64,000 bases of DNA from Marsupella aquatica (lineage: Eukaryota > Plantae > Marchantiophyta): assembly GCA_973895155.1 (NCBI GenBank), contig OZ316892.1, positions 22,545,168 through 22,609,167 of the forward strand, given 5' to 3'. The position numbers and the translations under genes are program-made. Of this stretch, positions 50,801-64,000 are shown piece after piece; the stretch's first letter is position 1, and each line of letters opens with the position of its first letter. Under the pieces are notes generated by a model. The model searched no databases. It was not told the DNA's origin and saw only the letters and a program-made list of their open reading frames with translations.

Positions 50801-53735
50801 CTTAAGTGACTTTCCACTCATTTTGGTATGGAATGGACCCACCTGGATTATCTTAGGCTACAGCCCAAGGATAGGCAAAATGACGCACCCAGGCCACATT
50901 GACAGCAATAGATGCCCCTGAATTTTAAAAGACCCAATCAGTTGCTCATTGTCCCCCCCCCACGGAGTGTCAATCCTCTCGTTCTTGTAAAGGTCGTGTG
51001 GAACTCATAAGACTCTAATTACATAAAGTTGTACTGAAAGGCCTGGGACCTGGACGCAGCCCCAACCCCTTAGGTATGGCCAGTGGGGGTTCAAAACAAG
51101 ATAAGTGCACTAGGAAGGTGGGAGAGTAGCTAATAATAAAAGGACTTACAAAACGGCCTTCAATCCCGTCTCGGAAACGCCCAGGAGCTCGATCACTAGG
51201 CGACGAGCATTATGCAAAACGAGTATAGTCGGAGGACTCGAGGAGGTGCAGGGACCTGGAACCGAAGTACCGCACTCGCGGACGGGACAACGGTCAGTAA
51301 GAACGACCCTTCTCAGTCCAGTCCCTGGTTAGGGGCGTTCATGGAGGACAAATAAGGGCAGCGACGAAGAAAGAAACGGCGGTGACGCTGTAGAGGACTT
51401 CTAACCACCTGACCCCCCCTCGATATTCTCCCAGACATTCGGAGGAGATCTCGACCGTTAAATCCTCGACTGTACCCACGGACAGCGATCGCGAGCCAAG
51501 GCCATGAGCGACTGTGCCTCCATCTCCGACGCCCAGATGCTATCCCAGATATTCGGAGTCGATCTCGATCATTGAAAGGCCCGACCGGACCATGATCGCA
51601 AGCGAAGTATTCGGCCCAAAGACGCTTGAGGATCCGAGCCCTGAAGGACTCAAGGAGAGTCGAGACAGCGTCGGGGGCGGATGGCGGGGTCCTCTGCCCC
51701 CGCCCCCATTCCGTCCCCGTCCCAGTCCAGTCCAGTCCAGTCCCCTGTCCCATCCCGTACCGTCCCTCCGTTCGACGAACTTACTAGGGAAGTACAGGGG
51801 GAGTAGTAGTGTTGGAGTAGTCGTTGGATCACCGAAGGAGCAAAGAGCAAGGTAGCAAGCAAATCACAACTCTCGTGTCTACTCTTGTTGCGACGAAAGA
51901 TTTACTCATGCTGCGGATTTGGAGAAAGGAAGTCAAGCACGGAGAAGAGAGAGGGAGGAGGGGAGGGCCCGAGCAAGAGAGAGTACCTGACCAGGAGAAG
52001 GGCCGACTTTAGATAGAGAGTGGAGAGGGAGGAGAAGGGAGAAAGATGGAAGGGCCGGAAAGGAAGGAGTAGAGCTTTTTTCTTGCTCGGTGATGACATG
52101 CGCTGCTGGTGCATCATCATCGTCGACCTGTAGCTGCTCTTTTGCGCCCGCAGTTGTTGTTGTTGTGTTGTTTTGCTGAAGGTCGGTTTTCGTTGTTGCG
52201 TGTTTGCATGCATGCTCGGTCGCCTCGTTCCTTCAAGCGGGCGGTCGCGTGTATGCGCGAGTCACGTGTTCGACGCGACTCCTTCCACTACCACCAGCGC
52301 CATTCCATTTTCTATGCCATGCCATGCAGGGCGAGCAACTGTTGCTACTAGGAGTACTACTGCTGCTACGACGACTGCGTCTGGAATAATTTAGGTCAAG
52401 AAACTTTTTGCACTTATCCTCCTCGTCGATGATCTTGCTGCCCATCCGTTCGTCCGTCGGGTTGTTGCTCGCTTAGTCAGTCAGTGAGTCCGTCTCGCTT
52501 TACGGTGGTAGTGCGTTGTGGAGCGACGGAGTGGGGTGTCAGTCTAATCGCCTCATCTCCCACTATCATCAGCATCCAATCAATCGATTCCCTGCATCGA
52601 ACGCCAAGTGAAAGCCCTTCCAGCGACCAATCAAAGCCTTGGCTCCGGTTGCCATCGAGTCTGCTGGCTTCAGGCTTGTCGTTGTTCTTCTCTTGTTGTC
52701 CGCGACGAGTCCCGTCGTGAGCATCAGGTCCTATCTTCGTGTCTAGCTTTGAAGGAGTTCAAGGAGGGCGAAGAATGCTCTGATACGCACACACTTGTGG
52801 ACTGGACTGTTGTCGGAAAGGGACCTGAAGGTGGAGGAGGGATGCTGTAGGGGACAATAGATGTTATGATGAGAAGGTGATGGGACGAGGTCTTATTGGT
52901 TTATTTGACGTGCGTGGTCTTTCGCAATGGAGACGAATCGCGTCTCGAGGAGTTGTGTCCGACTAGTCAATGTCTGTGTTTCAAAGTAAGACCTCGGGTT
53001 GGCCTATGATCAATAGTCAGTTGTAATATGCTGCCGAGGAAAGATAGGGAATAGAGGAAGCAATAGCTTTGAATAGAAAGAAGAACTGGTGGCACATTGG
53101 TTACGTTATGGTGGTTTATCCACTGTTGCTACTACCTTGCCGTTTTTTCCATTCCCAATCGGATCCCGTTTGGCATTATGGACTTGTTGCTATAGGATCA
53201 TGAGGGTTTTGGAAATTATACTAGCGTGGAAAATAACTCATTAATCTGCAGAAAAGGCTGGTTGCTTCTCTGCCGTACACTTGGAAGAAATTTTCTTCCA
53301 CTTTAGCTGTTGCTAGTGGTTGTCTCCTCTGTCTACTTCGTCTTGCAACCATCGTCCAAACACCGCCGCAGAAGTGGTTACTGTCAGTCTAGAGGTTCGA
53401 TTTTCCTTCGACGAGGTGGCTTAGGTCAAGTGGACAAGAAAACAGTTTACACAAGTCAGATAAATGCCATGAAACATGGCTTAGTATGCTTTGAGTTTAT
53501 GTTTGTGAGCGAAATTCTAGCGTATGAGGGTTAGTCCGGAGAGAAACTAGCTAAGCATCTGAGTGACATAGCAGTTGCATTGGAATTTAGTGTGAGACTT
53601 TCTCGTCAGCTTCAGACGTAGATCAGCTATGGAATGTTGAGATGGACGCTGATTTATCAACAAAATGAATTTGATTTGTTGATTTTTCCAGGTTAGGCAT
53701 TGCAAGTGCTTTCTCTGCTGGGGGACCCTTCTTCA

Positions 53736-56700
53736 ATGGGGACGCCGGGACCGTCAGGAGGAGGGTTTGATATACAGAACTTCTTCAAGACCGCGCCTCC
53801 ATCATCACTCTCCTCGTACACTGCACCGTCAGCACCTTATCCGCCTGGTGGAAATCACCCTTACCAGCAGGCGCCTACCTCTTCCCATACCTTCTCTAAT
53901 TTTGCTCCGTCGAACTCATTACACGGGAACAATTTTACTCAGCTTCCAGGCTCGGGATATCCTTACAACTCAGCACAGCCCCCTCAACCAGGGATGCAGA
54001 CACCAGGGATGTATAATCCCTACATGCACTTCCATCCTCAAGATCACGGGAATCGCCCCCCTCCTTACGCGCAAGGTCCTTACGTCAGTGCTCCTGGCTT
54101 CCCCCCTCAAGGGCCTCCACACGGGACTTTTTCCCAGCCTCAGTTTTCCACTGGCACTTCGCCAGCATTTAGCCAGGCTCAATCTTCTACTTCTGCTGCT
54201 ACCCCATCGTCATCTGGCCCGCAGCAATCACAAGTCAGTCCTCAACCTTCTGCCGCGCCTGCATCCTCTGGAGGCCAGGTAGCCCATGCTCCGGAGCCAA
54301 TATCAAGCCCTCCCTTAGATGGGGCACATCTGATGGCACTCCTGACAACTCAATCGTCAGCTGAAACAACCAGCAAAGAGGAATCGGTTCAGTTTCAGAT
54401 GGGGGCTCCCAGCTTGCTCGATCTTCCTCCTCCTGGTATTCTCTCTTCTGACGCTTCGCAAGGCGCTGGTCCTGAGGTGTCTCTTCCTCCTCCAGCTCTT
54501 GCTCCGGCCTTACCCACAGCTCCCCCTGTAAACTTGGCTCCACCTGCCTCAAGAATGCCCGGCACCAAGCCCCCGCCCAGGGGTCGGTCACTGAAAGGAG
54601 AACATGTATTGTACGATATTGATGTTAGGATGCCGTTTGAGGGCCAACCACAGCTGGAGGTTTCCCCTATTACTCTTTACGGTTCGGATCCCGTTCTGGT
54701 ACTGGGGCGGCAAATTGCAGTCAACAGAAGCTATATCTGTTATGGATTACGAGCAGGCACTATTCGAATCCTGAACATCAACACTGAGTTGCGAGTTTTA
54801 CTTCGGGGTCACTCTCAGGCGAGTGTGTTCATTTTTTACTGCTAGAATTCGCGAGGACTTATTTTGGTGTTGATTAAGGAGCACGATTTCATAGAACAAG
54901 TCATGTACAATATTTCCAGCTAACGCGTATTGCCGTCTTGGACCGCAGAGGGTGACAGACATGGCATTTTTTGCCGAGGATGTCCATTTGCTGGCCAGGT
55001 ACAGTTGGTCATTCAAATCTTGTTTCTTCGTCTCGATATAAAAATTATTACTTGAAGTCTCCACCAGTTCGGTCTTTTCCTTTAAGTGTCTTTTCTCTTT
55101 CGTCTGACATTTTTCTGCACATCGACAATACTAGCAGCTCTTCACGAAAATATTGAAACTGGTTGTCGGAGTCGAGCTAGCAGTAGAAGGCAAGCTTTTA
55201 GTGTTGAGGATGTTGTGGGCATTTTGGATTGGTTCAACGAGGGGAGCCGTTCATGATTACTGGAAGTTTGTTCCTGCTTGTTGGTTCCACTCCATCTATG
55301 TCTTTGCTGTGTCATGGAAATCGTCGATTTCTTTATGAGCTTTGCACTCCCAGGACGAAATCAGCAAGTGGATGCTGAAGCACTGGCATTTAGAGATATT
55401 GTTATGCGTGTTGGAGTGAGAAACTTGATTGCTGATTGAGGCTATATCCATAAGAGGAGAGTTGTCAGGAAATTACTCTGAATGTTGAACAGTTGAAGGG
55501 GGAACCAGCAGTTTCAGTGCCGAACATATTGCCCTGAGTTTTGCGGATGTTCCTTCTTGGATGCTGCGGGTCAAAGTTCAGCGTGAGTCCTTGCCAGGAT
55601 TAGTTGTTGTGGATGCTCCTATTCCTAATTCCTTTTTATTGGTGGGCTTGCAGTGCAAGTACAGATGGCCGGATTTTTGTGAGGAAGATAGTGGAGGGAA
55701 ATTCGGATGAGTCAAGAATCATCAAAGACCACATCCTCCTGGTTATGCAGATTGTTGGAGACTGGGATACAGTGCACCCCCGGGTTTGTTGGCATTCTCA
55801 AAATCAGGTAATTTACTCTACTCGTTCAGTAGTTATGTAGCAGTGTTCCGTATTAATGATGTCTGAATGGCCACAAGAGTCATGTGGTTGCTCTTTCCTG
55901 CGAAAACGAGAAGATGTTCATTGTTACATCTGATAAATCTGAAATAACTGGCGCGTGCTCTCAGGGAGTGCAATTCCTGTTGTTCTTTGCTCTGCCTCAC
56001 GTCTTTTGCCACGACGTATAGTCATAACTCTATGTCAAGTTGTGGACCATTAATTAGCTGGAAAGGGTTCGATAAGATCGGTTAGCCTAGTTGTTATTCA
56101 AGATCTGCGTTATATCCAGAGCACCGGGGTCACACAGTTTATTTTGCTAAATTGCATCAACGGATTCACATGGTCAAAATTTTGTGCTAATACAGTTGAA
56201 TTTTGGCATTGCAGGACATATTAGTGGTCGGAATTGGAAAGTATGTCTTGACTGTTGATATAAGTAAGGTCAGGGTAAATGCTCCTCCTGGCGGCTTCAC
56301 AGCAGAGGATCCAATAACGTGTGATATGAACAACCCACCCGAAGGAGTGCACGTTGTTGGTGAACACAACAGTGATGTCACGGACCTTTCTGTTCCACTG
56401 TGGATTCCGACTTGCTTCGCATCTGCCTCACTAGATGGCACGGTAAGAATCGTCATAGTTCTATGATACAGTGCTTTGTCTTTGGAAGCGATGAAATCTT
56501 GTTCGCTTTTGTTGCAGGTCTTTCCTGAGATGTGTTTCCGAGTCAGCTCTTCAGATTTGTGGAAATGTGGCTGAATAGGGCATATTGAAAGGCCTGATAA
56601 GTTATGTCTTCTACTGACCTCTTACTACCCCCTGAATTCATAGAAGGAAACCTCTTTCCAAGTGCGAATTTCAGCGCTGATATCTTTATTCTTGGTATCT

Positions 56701-59700
56701 GTTCCAGGTGAGGATATGGGGAGACAAGAAGGCCCCACTGGCAGTTTTTGTTCCGCATCAAGGGCAACCAGTGAATTTTGTTTCCTTCGTTTCGGCTCCA
56801 CGGCGTCCCGATCATACAGTCCTTGTTACTGCGGTAAGTACAGGACGGTAGTTCATAGCCCGAGTTGTAGAAATGGTATGGTGTCCAATTGATGAGATTT
56901 CCATTGCCACAGCGATGGGAAGCCATTGCCATGATTTCTTGCTTCAGTTTCTATTTTATTCCTCTATTTGGGTTTCATATAGCGACATACTTGGTATCCA
57001 GTGTTACCGTTGCTGTTACCCTGTTGTTTCAAATAGTCCTAATATGGTCCTTTGCTGTCTCATGTTTGTCAGGGTCCTTTCAACCGGGAGCTCAAGTTAT
57101 GGGCACAGTCTACTTTGGATGGACCACCTGCGAGATCTGGTGCTGGCAATTGGCATCCTATACAAACTTTAGAGCTTAAGAGTTCATCTACAGACGGAAG
57201 ATTAGAGAAAGCGTTCTTTAACCAGGTCCTGGTTGTCCCAAGAGCAAGTCTGGTAATTCTTGCAAACGCAAAAAGGAAAGCAATATATGTGGTGCATCTG
57301 GAGTTTGGATCTACTGCTGCAGCTACTCAAATGGATTACCTTGCTGAGTTCTCCGTGACAATGCCTATTCTAAGCTTGACAGCAACCAGTGAAGGTGTGT
57401 CTGATGGGGATGGTACGGTACAAGTCTATTGCGTTCAAACTCAGGCTATTCAGCAGTATGCACTCGAGTTAAGTCAATGTTTACGTCCCCCAGAAGAAGT
57501 GGTTGGAAAGGCCCTGCTTGAATCACAAGTGACTAGTCAAGTGTCCGCTCAATCCTTCACTGCAGTCGATGGTGGCTACTCCACCAGTGTGAGTGAATTA
57601 ACATCCGTGTCGACATCAACTGCGAGCGTTGTGACTGTGGGTCCAAGTATCACTGCTCCGGGCGTTCCTCCTGGGATTTCGTTAGAACGGGCTGGTTCTT
57701 ATGAACAGACAATATCATCCGAAACTACTAAGGTAGGGGCTGAGTTGAAGGCAACAGTGACACACCACTCTGTGGAAGTGGAGGAATCGGAGGGTATCGA
57801 CTCGTTAAGCGCCCTTAGTAGATATAGTGAGTCACCTTCATCTCATGTGCGGCCTGTTAGTCCAGCACAGGTTCCATCCTTCTTGAAAAGGCAAACTCAG
57901 GTAGAAAGCCCAACCAAGGTCTCGGACGATGGATACGTTCTAGTTTCAACAGGCTCGGGAGGTGCTCTAGAGCAGCCTGAGGCTGCCCATGCCCCGGTAA
58001 AAGAGCAGCCAGAATTGGAGTCCGTGCTAGGGGATATTGGAGGATTAAGTTCTGCTTCGACTGGCTCTCACGGCGGAGAGAACGTGTTTGAGAAAGACGA
58101 GGAAGTCCCGGCAGCATCATCAAGTAGTAAGGCACCCAGCACAACCCAGCAGCAATCTTCTGCAGGTCCTGTTCACCTCCTTTCTCCAACAGAACTAATG
58201 AATATGGTTGCCCGCTCCAAGGCGACAGAAGCAGATACCATTGCACCTCCTCCTCTGGCTCCTGTAGCAAAAGAGCCGAGCAAACTTGAAGTGAGTGCGG
58301 AGGAGGAGGTCCCTGGCCCTGAGCTGGATGTTTTACGAAAAATGCCCAATGTTGTGACGGACAATGATGTTGCCCAGTCAGATACAGTAGGTGGGAAGGA
58401 TGGAGGAGGGTTTGATGACAAGCCTAGTGCTTTGCTGGATGTCAAGGACAAGAATCTAGTGAACACGAGTTTGGAGTACAGTAATAAAGAGTTCAGTTGG
58501 GATGGAAGTAGCTCTGGAACTAATTTTGTTGAAGCTAGTGCTGCAGACGAAGTACACCAAGTTGAGGATGGAGAGGCTGTTGATGAGCGGGAACTATTGC
58601 CAAGTTCACCTGCAGAAGAGGTTTTAGATCTTGTAAAGGAAGTTGGTCCCAAAGTTGGGGAAGCAGCTTCAGTTACTGCGACACCAGTCCAATCCCCTGC
58701 CGTGACAAAGGGAAGGAAGAACAAAAACAAGACAAATGTCGGCGGTGTTGCGATCCCTGCGGTTGCTTCTGTTCCTCTCCCAGTACCGTTCCCGACCATG
58801 CCTTCTGCTTCTGAAGGGGAAACCTCTAGTACGAATGTACCTGTGGCAGATCTTGGTTTCGGTTACCAAATCGCAACAATGCAAGAATCTCTGAATCAGG
58901 TTAGCAGTGGTGGTCCTTATCGCTTTCAGCTATGTTAGGCTTTTCTTCTCCCTAGGACGGGCACGGTAGCACCATATAGATTACTACTGCAACAGTGCTG
59001 TGACCGGACGTTGTCAGTTGTTGCACCGATCGAGTATGTTGGACGGCATTCTTGCCAATTAAAATTGTCTGTATTTGGTTGTGTGGCAGTTGGTAGCCAT
59101 GCAGAAAGAACTGCAGAAGCAGATGACAGTGATGGTAGCTGTCCCTGTTGCTAAGGAAGGAAAGCGTATGGAGGGCGCTCTTGGTCAACGCATGGAGAAG
59201 TTGTTGAAAGCCCATCTGGATGCTATGTGGGCGCGTATTCAAGAGGAGAGTGTGAAGCGGGATAAACTAGAACGGGAGCGTGTGCAACAATTGACGACAA
59301 TGCTTTCTAATTCTTTCACAAAAGATATACCAGCTGCATTAGAGCGAGTTTTTAAAAAGGAGTTCACCTCCATTGGACCAGTCATTGCTCGTCTGGTGAC
59401 CCCGAGTGTCGAAAAGACTACGATGACTGCTATAACGGATGCATTCCAGGTGAATTCTACTTTCTAGATGTCCATTTGGAGAAGTCCTGTCAATGCCTTA
59501 TATGACAACAATCATTGAATTGGTATTTTCCTTGGTCGGTCCATTAGTGATAACATAAGATGTGGGAACGATCAGGCTAGAGTTGCGTTGTGAGTTGGGT
59601 ATGTATTGGTCTTACTGCTTGTATGTGTGTAGATTAATCTATTTCTTGAGATCTTTGTAATTAAGTTGGTTTGCGTCAAAATAGACTTATGCTGAACCCA

Positions 59701-62024
59701 AGACTTGTTCGAGCCAACTGAATCACATGCACAGATCTGAGAATTTCTTCGCGACCTCATCTGATGAGTGGATGTCTGTTTCACTCGTTATGCACAGAAG
59801 GGCTTGGTAGAGAAAGTTATTCCTCAGTTAGAGAAGCAGGTCGCCACAAAGCTCGAAACTGCTGTCACACGGCAACTGCAAGGCCAACTGCAGCAGTCCT
59901 TGAGACCAGCATTACAGGTGTGGATTTTGTCCCTGAGTCGAATTTTGGACTGGAGAATGCAGTGTGAAAAGATAGACAAATACGAACACATGGTTGAAAC
60001 TGTTGTCATCCGAAAATCAGTGGTTGCAAACATAGTTAGAGTATGGCAAATGTGGTCAAGAAGCGGACGGTACGGCCATCGCAAGACACTAAGATGCCGT
60101 GACGTTAATTGAAAATTGTGTAAAGTTCGCTGTTATGAAACCTAAGCCAAGCTTTTTGTGCGTTGAATTCCCCGCAGGAAGCACTTCGGACATCCTTTGA
60201 GACGTCAGTGATACCTGGCTTCGAGCGGGCATGTCAAGCTATGTTTGAACAGGTGGATGCCAACTTCCAACGGGGATTGGCAGAGCACACATCAAATGCT
60301 CAGCAACACTATGAAGCGTCTCACTCTGCCCTAGCTGCCACTCTTCAGGTTTGGTTCTTTTGGCAGACTTCTCTTTGTGGGTTCCAGATATCCATTAAAG
60401 ATGTGCTGACATGGATCAGGGAGCTAAAATTAGGCAGACAACTATAAGTGCGGTCATTGGTGATCAGTTTGTCCTTGGTAGGCGGATCCAGGGGTTCTGC
60501 CTTTGTGAGTCATTCTCGATGGTGCAGCAGAATGCTGGATCGTGGTCTCTAATCCAGCTTCAATATGTGGGATGTTAACATCCCTTCTGGTATTCTTCTG
60601 GGTATATTCCAACACCAGCCTGCTTGTTATGGTGCAGGATACTATGATGTCAGCGTCAGCCTTGGCATCGTCATTGAAGGGTGAGTTGACTGAAGGTCAA
60701 CGCAAGTTGATAGCTCTTGCAGAGAATGCAGGTGCCACTGCTGCACGAGTATCCTTGACGTCTGTCAAGCAGAGCAATGGTGGTCTTCCAGATAAGGTTT
60801 GAATTAGTTTTCTACTCTGTTCTCAAATTTATTCCCTTTGAATTTAAACCGGTACTGTAGACTATGCACAATTTAGTGGTCCATGGAATGTGTAATCCAT
60901 AGAAGTTGAAGTGTTTCCATTTGAAAAATGGCCGTCACCTGGAAGCCTTGTATGAGTTTCTGCTGGATGAGGTAGGCATCCTCTATCAGCGACCTGTGGT
61001 CAGGTGAAGCTCAAATTTGCTTCTTATCTTCATTTGAAAGATACTGATGTTTTGTCTGAAATCTGAAGATCTGCAGTGGGGTAAAGATAGTTTCGTTAAT
61101 GCGGTTGTATTTACGATTTGTAGGTCATATCCTTACAACACTTGGAGGAATCTCTTGACCCTACTATTGAGTTGTCAAGACTGGTTAGTGAACGAAAACT
61201 GGAGGAGGCATTCAACAAGGCGCTGTCCCTGAGTGATGTTGCCATAGTTTCCTGGCTCTGCACCCAGGTATTCGAAGCACGACGTCCCAATCTCACTGTG
61301 ATAGTATTTTTACAGAGCTTGATGTTGTGATGGAAATCGATAGCAGAAGTGGAAATTACTTATTAGTCTGGTTAATGAAACATCGTGGAATTCTGTCCAG
61401 GAAGTAAGTTCCAGAGTTAATAAGAAAATACAGAGCGTTTGAAAATTTTGATGCGGGATGGCTGTCATCAACTAGATGGTGGCGTCATTTTAATCAGAAT
61501 CAATTTTCGCTGTTATTGCTGTCGATCGTAGTCCCACGGTGGTGGTGGTTTCAGTAGAGGTCACCTATTATTGAGAAAACAAACTTATGTCAAAGCGTTG
61601 AATAAAATACTATAGTGAAGTTCCTAATGATGGTACTCTCGCTTAGTAGATTTCTTCAATGATATTTACAACGGTAGTTTTGATTTATGGAACTGACTTG
61701 TGGGTTAAAATTCAGGTGGATGTCAAAGCACTTTTCGCAGCAACTCCTCTGCCACTAAGTCAAGGAGTCCTCCTGTCGTTAGTCCAGCAATTGGGGTGCG
61801 ACCTTGGTAAAGACACGGGCCATAAATTGGAATGGATTAGGGAGGGAGCCTTGGCTTTGAACCCGAAGGATCCAGTCCTTGCTCCTCATATGCGTCCGTT
61901 CCTAGAGCAGCTATATCAAAACCTGCACCGACAAATGCAACTGACAACAAGTGGCGGTGAACTTACAAACTCGATGCGGCTAGTTCTACATGTTGTGAAC
62001 TCGTTGCTAACAGCATGCAAGTGA
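53736..62024 (+). CDS. VCS: Enhancer of mRNA-decapping protein 4 / VARICOSE (WD40 plus C-terminal helical domain), 12 coding exons
   Basis: Exons approx. 53736-54818, 54949-54998, 55654-55807, 56215-56442, 56708-56833, 57073-58899, 59090-59449, 59798-59917, 60178-60348, 60638-60796, 61124-61267 and 61716-62024. Motifs: [119 protein letters not shown]. Confidence 0.95.
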
Positions 62025-62320
62025 TCTTTAGCATAGTGGGTAGCTTTAGTTGTGAAGAAGAGTTTACCAAAGCTTAGCAACACAGGTAGACTAGTTGGCA
62101 GTTCGGGCATCCCTTTCTTGAAGGGGATCCCTCTTTTGGGGTATCTTTCAGGTTGTGCCAGACAAGAACCATGATTGGAAACCACTCTGTACAGTTACAA
62201 GTGAATATGTGTATCAAAAGGCCTATGTAGTGAAACTGTAGAATTTGGAAGAAACTTTTCCTGGTTGGGTAACATTGAGCTTCATTGTATCAATTTTGGA
62301 AACTTCTGTCGTCATGAGAT

Positions 62321-62491
62321 GCTTTTGTACCTTGTTACCTGTATATGAGCTTTACTTTCTCATCCTTCTCAACCTAAAGATCTCCAATTGTTGAATGTAA
62401 TATCCACTGCTTTTGTACCTTGTTACCCTTATATGAGCTTTACTTTCTCATCCTTATTAACCTAAACATCTCCAGTTGTTGAATGTAATAT
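62321..62491. repeat. Imperfect tandem duplication (~88-bp period) downstream of VCS
   Basis: GCTTTTGTACCTTGTTACC..TATATGAGCTTTACTTTCTCATCCTT..AACCTAAA.ATCTCCA.TTGTTGAATGTAATAT occurs twice. Confidence 0.85.
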
Positions 62492-62799
62492 GCACAGCCT
62501 TGAATGGTTTTTATGATTTATGAGGCCCTATGCCAGTGTTTTGCATTGTGCAAGAAGGGTCGACCCATAGGAAGTGGGGCCAGGGTATTTATGGGGCAGG
62601 GGAAGCACATATGTACCATGGGTGCATATTTCCTTTATCAATAGTTAGTAAACAGCTAATCGAATCAAGGGGAAGCACATATGTGCCAGGGGGCACATTT
62701 CCTTTATCAATAGTCAGAGTAAACAGTTAATTGAATCCAAGCTAAACCACCCGTTGTGGATCTTTCCTGCCTAGGAGTAGTTTTTTGTAATTGAATCCA

Positions 62800-62955
62800 A
62801 TGGCTGTGGATTTTTACTGCCCAGGAGGTTTTTTGTATTGGGACAAAGGCAAAATAAAAAGGTGGGATCCAGATTGCATGGCTGTGGATTTTTACTGCCC
62901 AGGAGGTTTTTTGTATTGGGACAAAGGCAAAATAAAAAGGTGGGATCCAGATTGC
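62800..62955. repeat. Perfect 78-bp tandem duplication
   Basis: 62800-62877 is identical to 62878-62955. Confidence 0.92.
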
Positions 62956-63520
62956 GTGCTCACTATTATAGCTGTAGATGGTCCTTGGAGTGACAGACTG
63001 CTTGATCACTTATGGACCTCTGGGTCATCTTTGTGTTTTCCGACCTTAAGACCTGTGAAGCCTAATCAATTTCGACACCTTGACCATGCAACATCGTACT
63101 GTTATCGAATTTTGAACGCACGGAATGACTTGAGATCTAAGATCCCAGGAACGTGTCCAGTAGGTTTTGCATCTTCCACCTTGTGACCGTGTTAGGGCAA
63201 CATGAAATCGCATCTAGTCGCCTGGCTGACCCTAGAGATAGACATGAAACTAGAGGCAGAGGTCAAATGGCTTCATTTTCAGGTGAAGTGCGAGTTAAAT
63301 GCGTATCTAGCACCTATGGGGTAGAAAGTAGTGGAAGAGAATACAGGTGAAATGTGAGGTGAAATGCATATCTAGAACCTATGGCGTAGAAATTAGTGGA
63401 AGAGGAGATGTATCGCTATGTGTATATTCTTTTCCTTTGCCTTTCTACCACGGAACACATATACCCTTTGTGTATTACTTTTCTTTGCCATTCTACCACG
63501 GAACCCAAGCAGCCTGGCCT

Positions 63521-63716
63521 GGGGATTCTCAAATTTGAATGAGAATAAGGTAAGATGCAATTTGGAGGCCTGAATATTCTCAAATTTGAATGAAAATACA
63601 AGTAAGATGCAATTTGGGGTCTGGTCTCGGGCTTATCAAATTTGAATGAGAATATAGGTAAGATGCAATTTGGGGCCTGGGGATTCTCAAATTTGAATGA
63701 GAATACATGTAAGATA
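63521..63716. repeat. ~50-bp minisatellite, about 4 copies
   Basis: Unit ATTCTCAAATTTGAATGAGAATA..GTAAGATGCAATTTGGGGCCTG repeated with variation. Confidence 0.85.
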
Positions 63717-64000
63717 CATGTGGCAAACCTTTACACATGACAATTTTGCAGTGTGAAAGTGAGGTGAAGGATTCAAAAATTCACTTGGGGCTTCTGCTTG
63801 GTAACTCATCCCCACTTGGGGGTATTGGGCTGTAACCCCCTCAAGCTCACCTCCCATAGGGAATACATCCCATTACCCCTCTTGGGGATGGGTTACCACA
63901 CAAAAAATAATGTCTCATATGGTGCATGTGCATGAAAGTATAGGAAGAGGTCATCTAGAGGTCACTTATGACAAAGTTTGAAGTGAGCTTTCGGTAGCTA

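Noticed and set aside
51313-52850. ORFs upstream of VCS
   Set aside because: Microsatellite-rich promoter/5' leader sequence; the translations are low-complexity with no motifs.
62800-63716. Tandem repeats as a CRISPR-like array
   Set aside because: The units are contiguous with no unique spacers, there are no cas genes, and the context is eukaryotic.

Overview
Eukaryotic nuclear DNA from a land plant. The intron style and gene set suggest a bryophyte such as a liverwort, but that is inference. Host genes with reconstructable exons are SmD2 (+), a BAG-domain protein (-), dihydrofolate synthetase (+), an F-box/kelch-type protein (+) and VARICOSE/EDC4 (+). Two small spliced ORFs sit directly upstream of the BAG and DHFS ORFs and may share their transcripts. 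The main object is a 9.55-kb Ty3/Gypsy-type retroelement (14530-24081, TG...CA ends, 4-bp TCAA target-site duplication). It has a DNMT3-like cytosine methyltransferase domain between protease and RT, and a PHD finger fused to the integrase. Instead of two normal LTRs it has split direct repeats, A-[internal]-B-gc-A-B, with a palindromic circle-junction-like B/A joint and no evident tRNA primer-binding site. The 31-51 kb interval is gene-poor, with two solo LTRs, a MITE-like foldback and other degenerate repeats.
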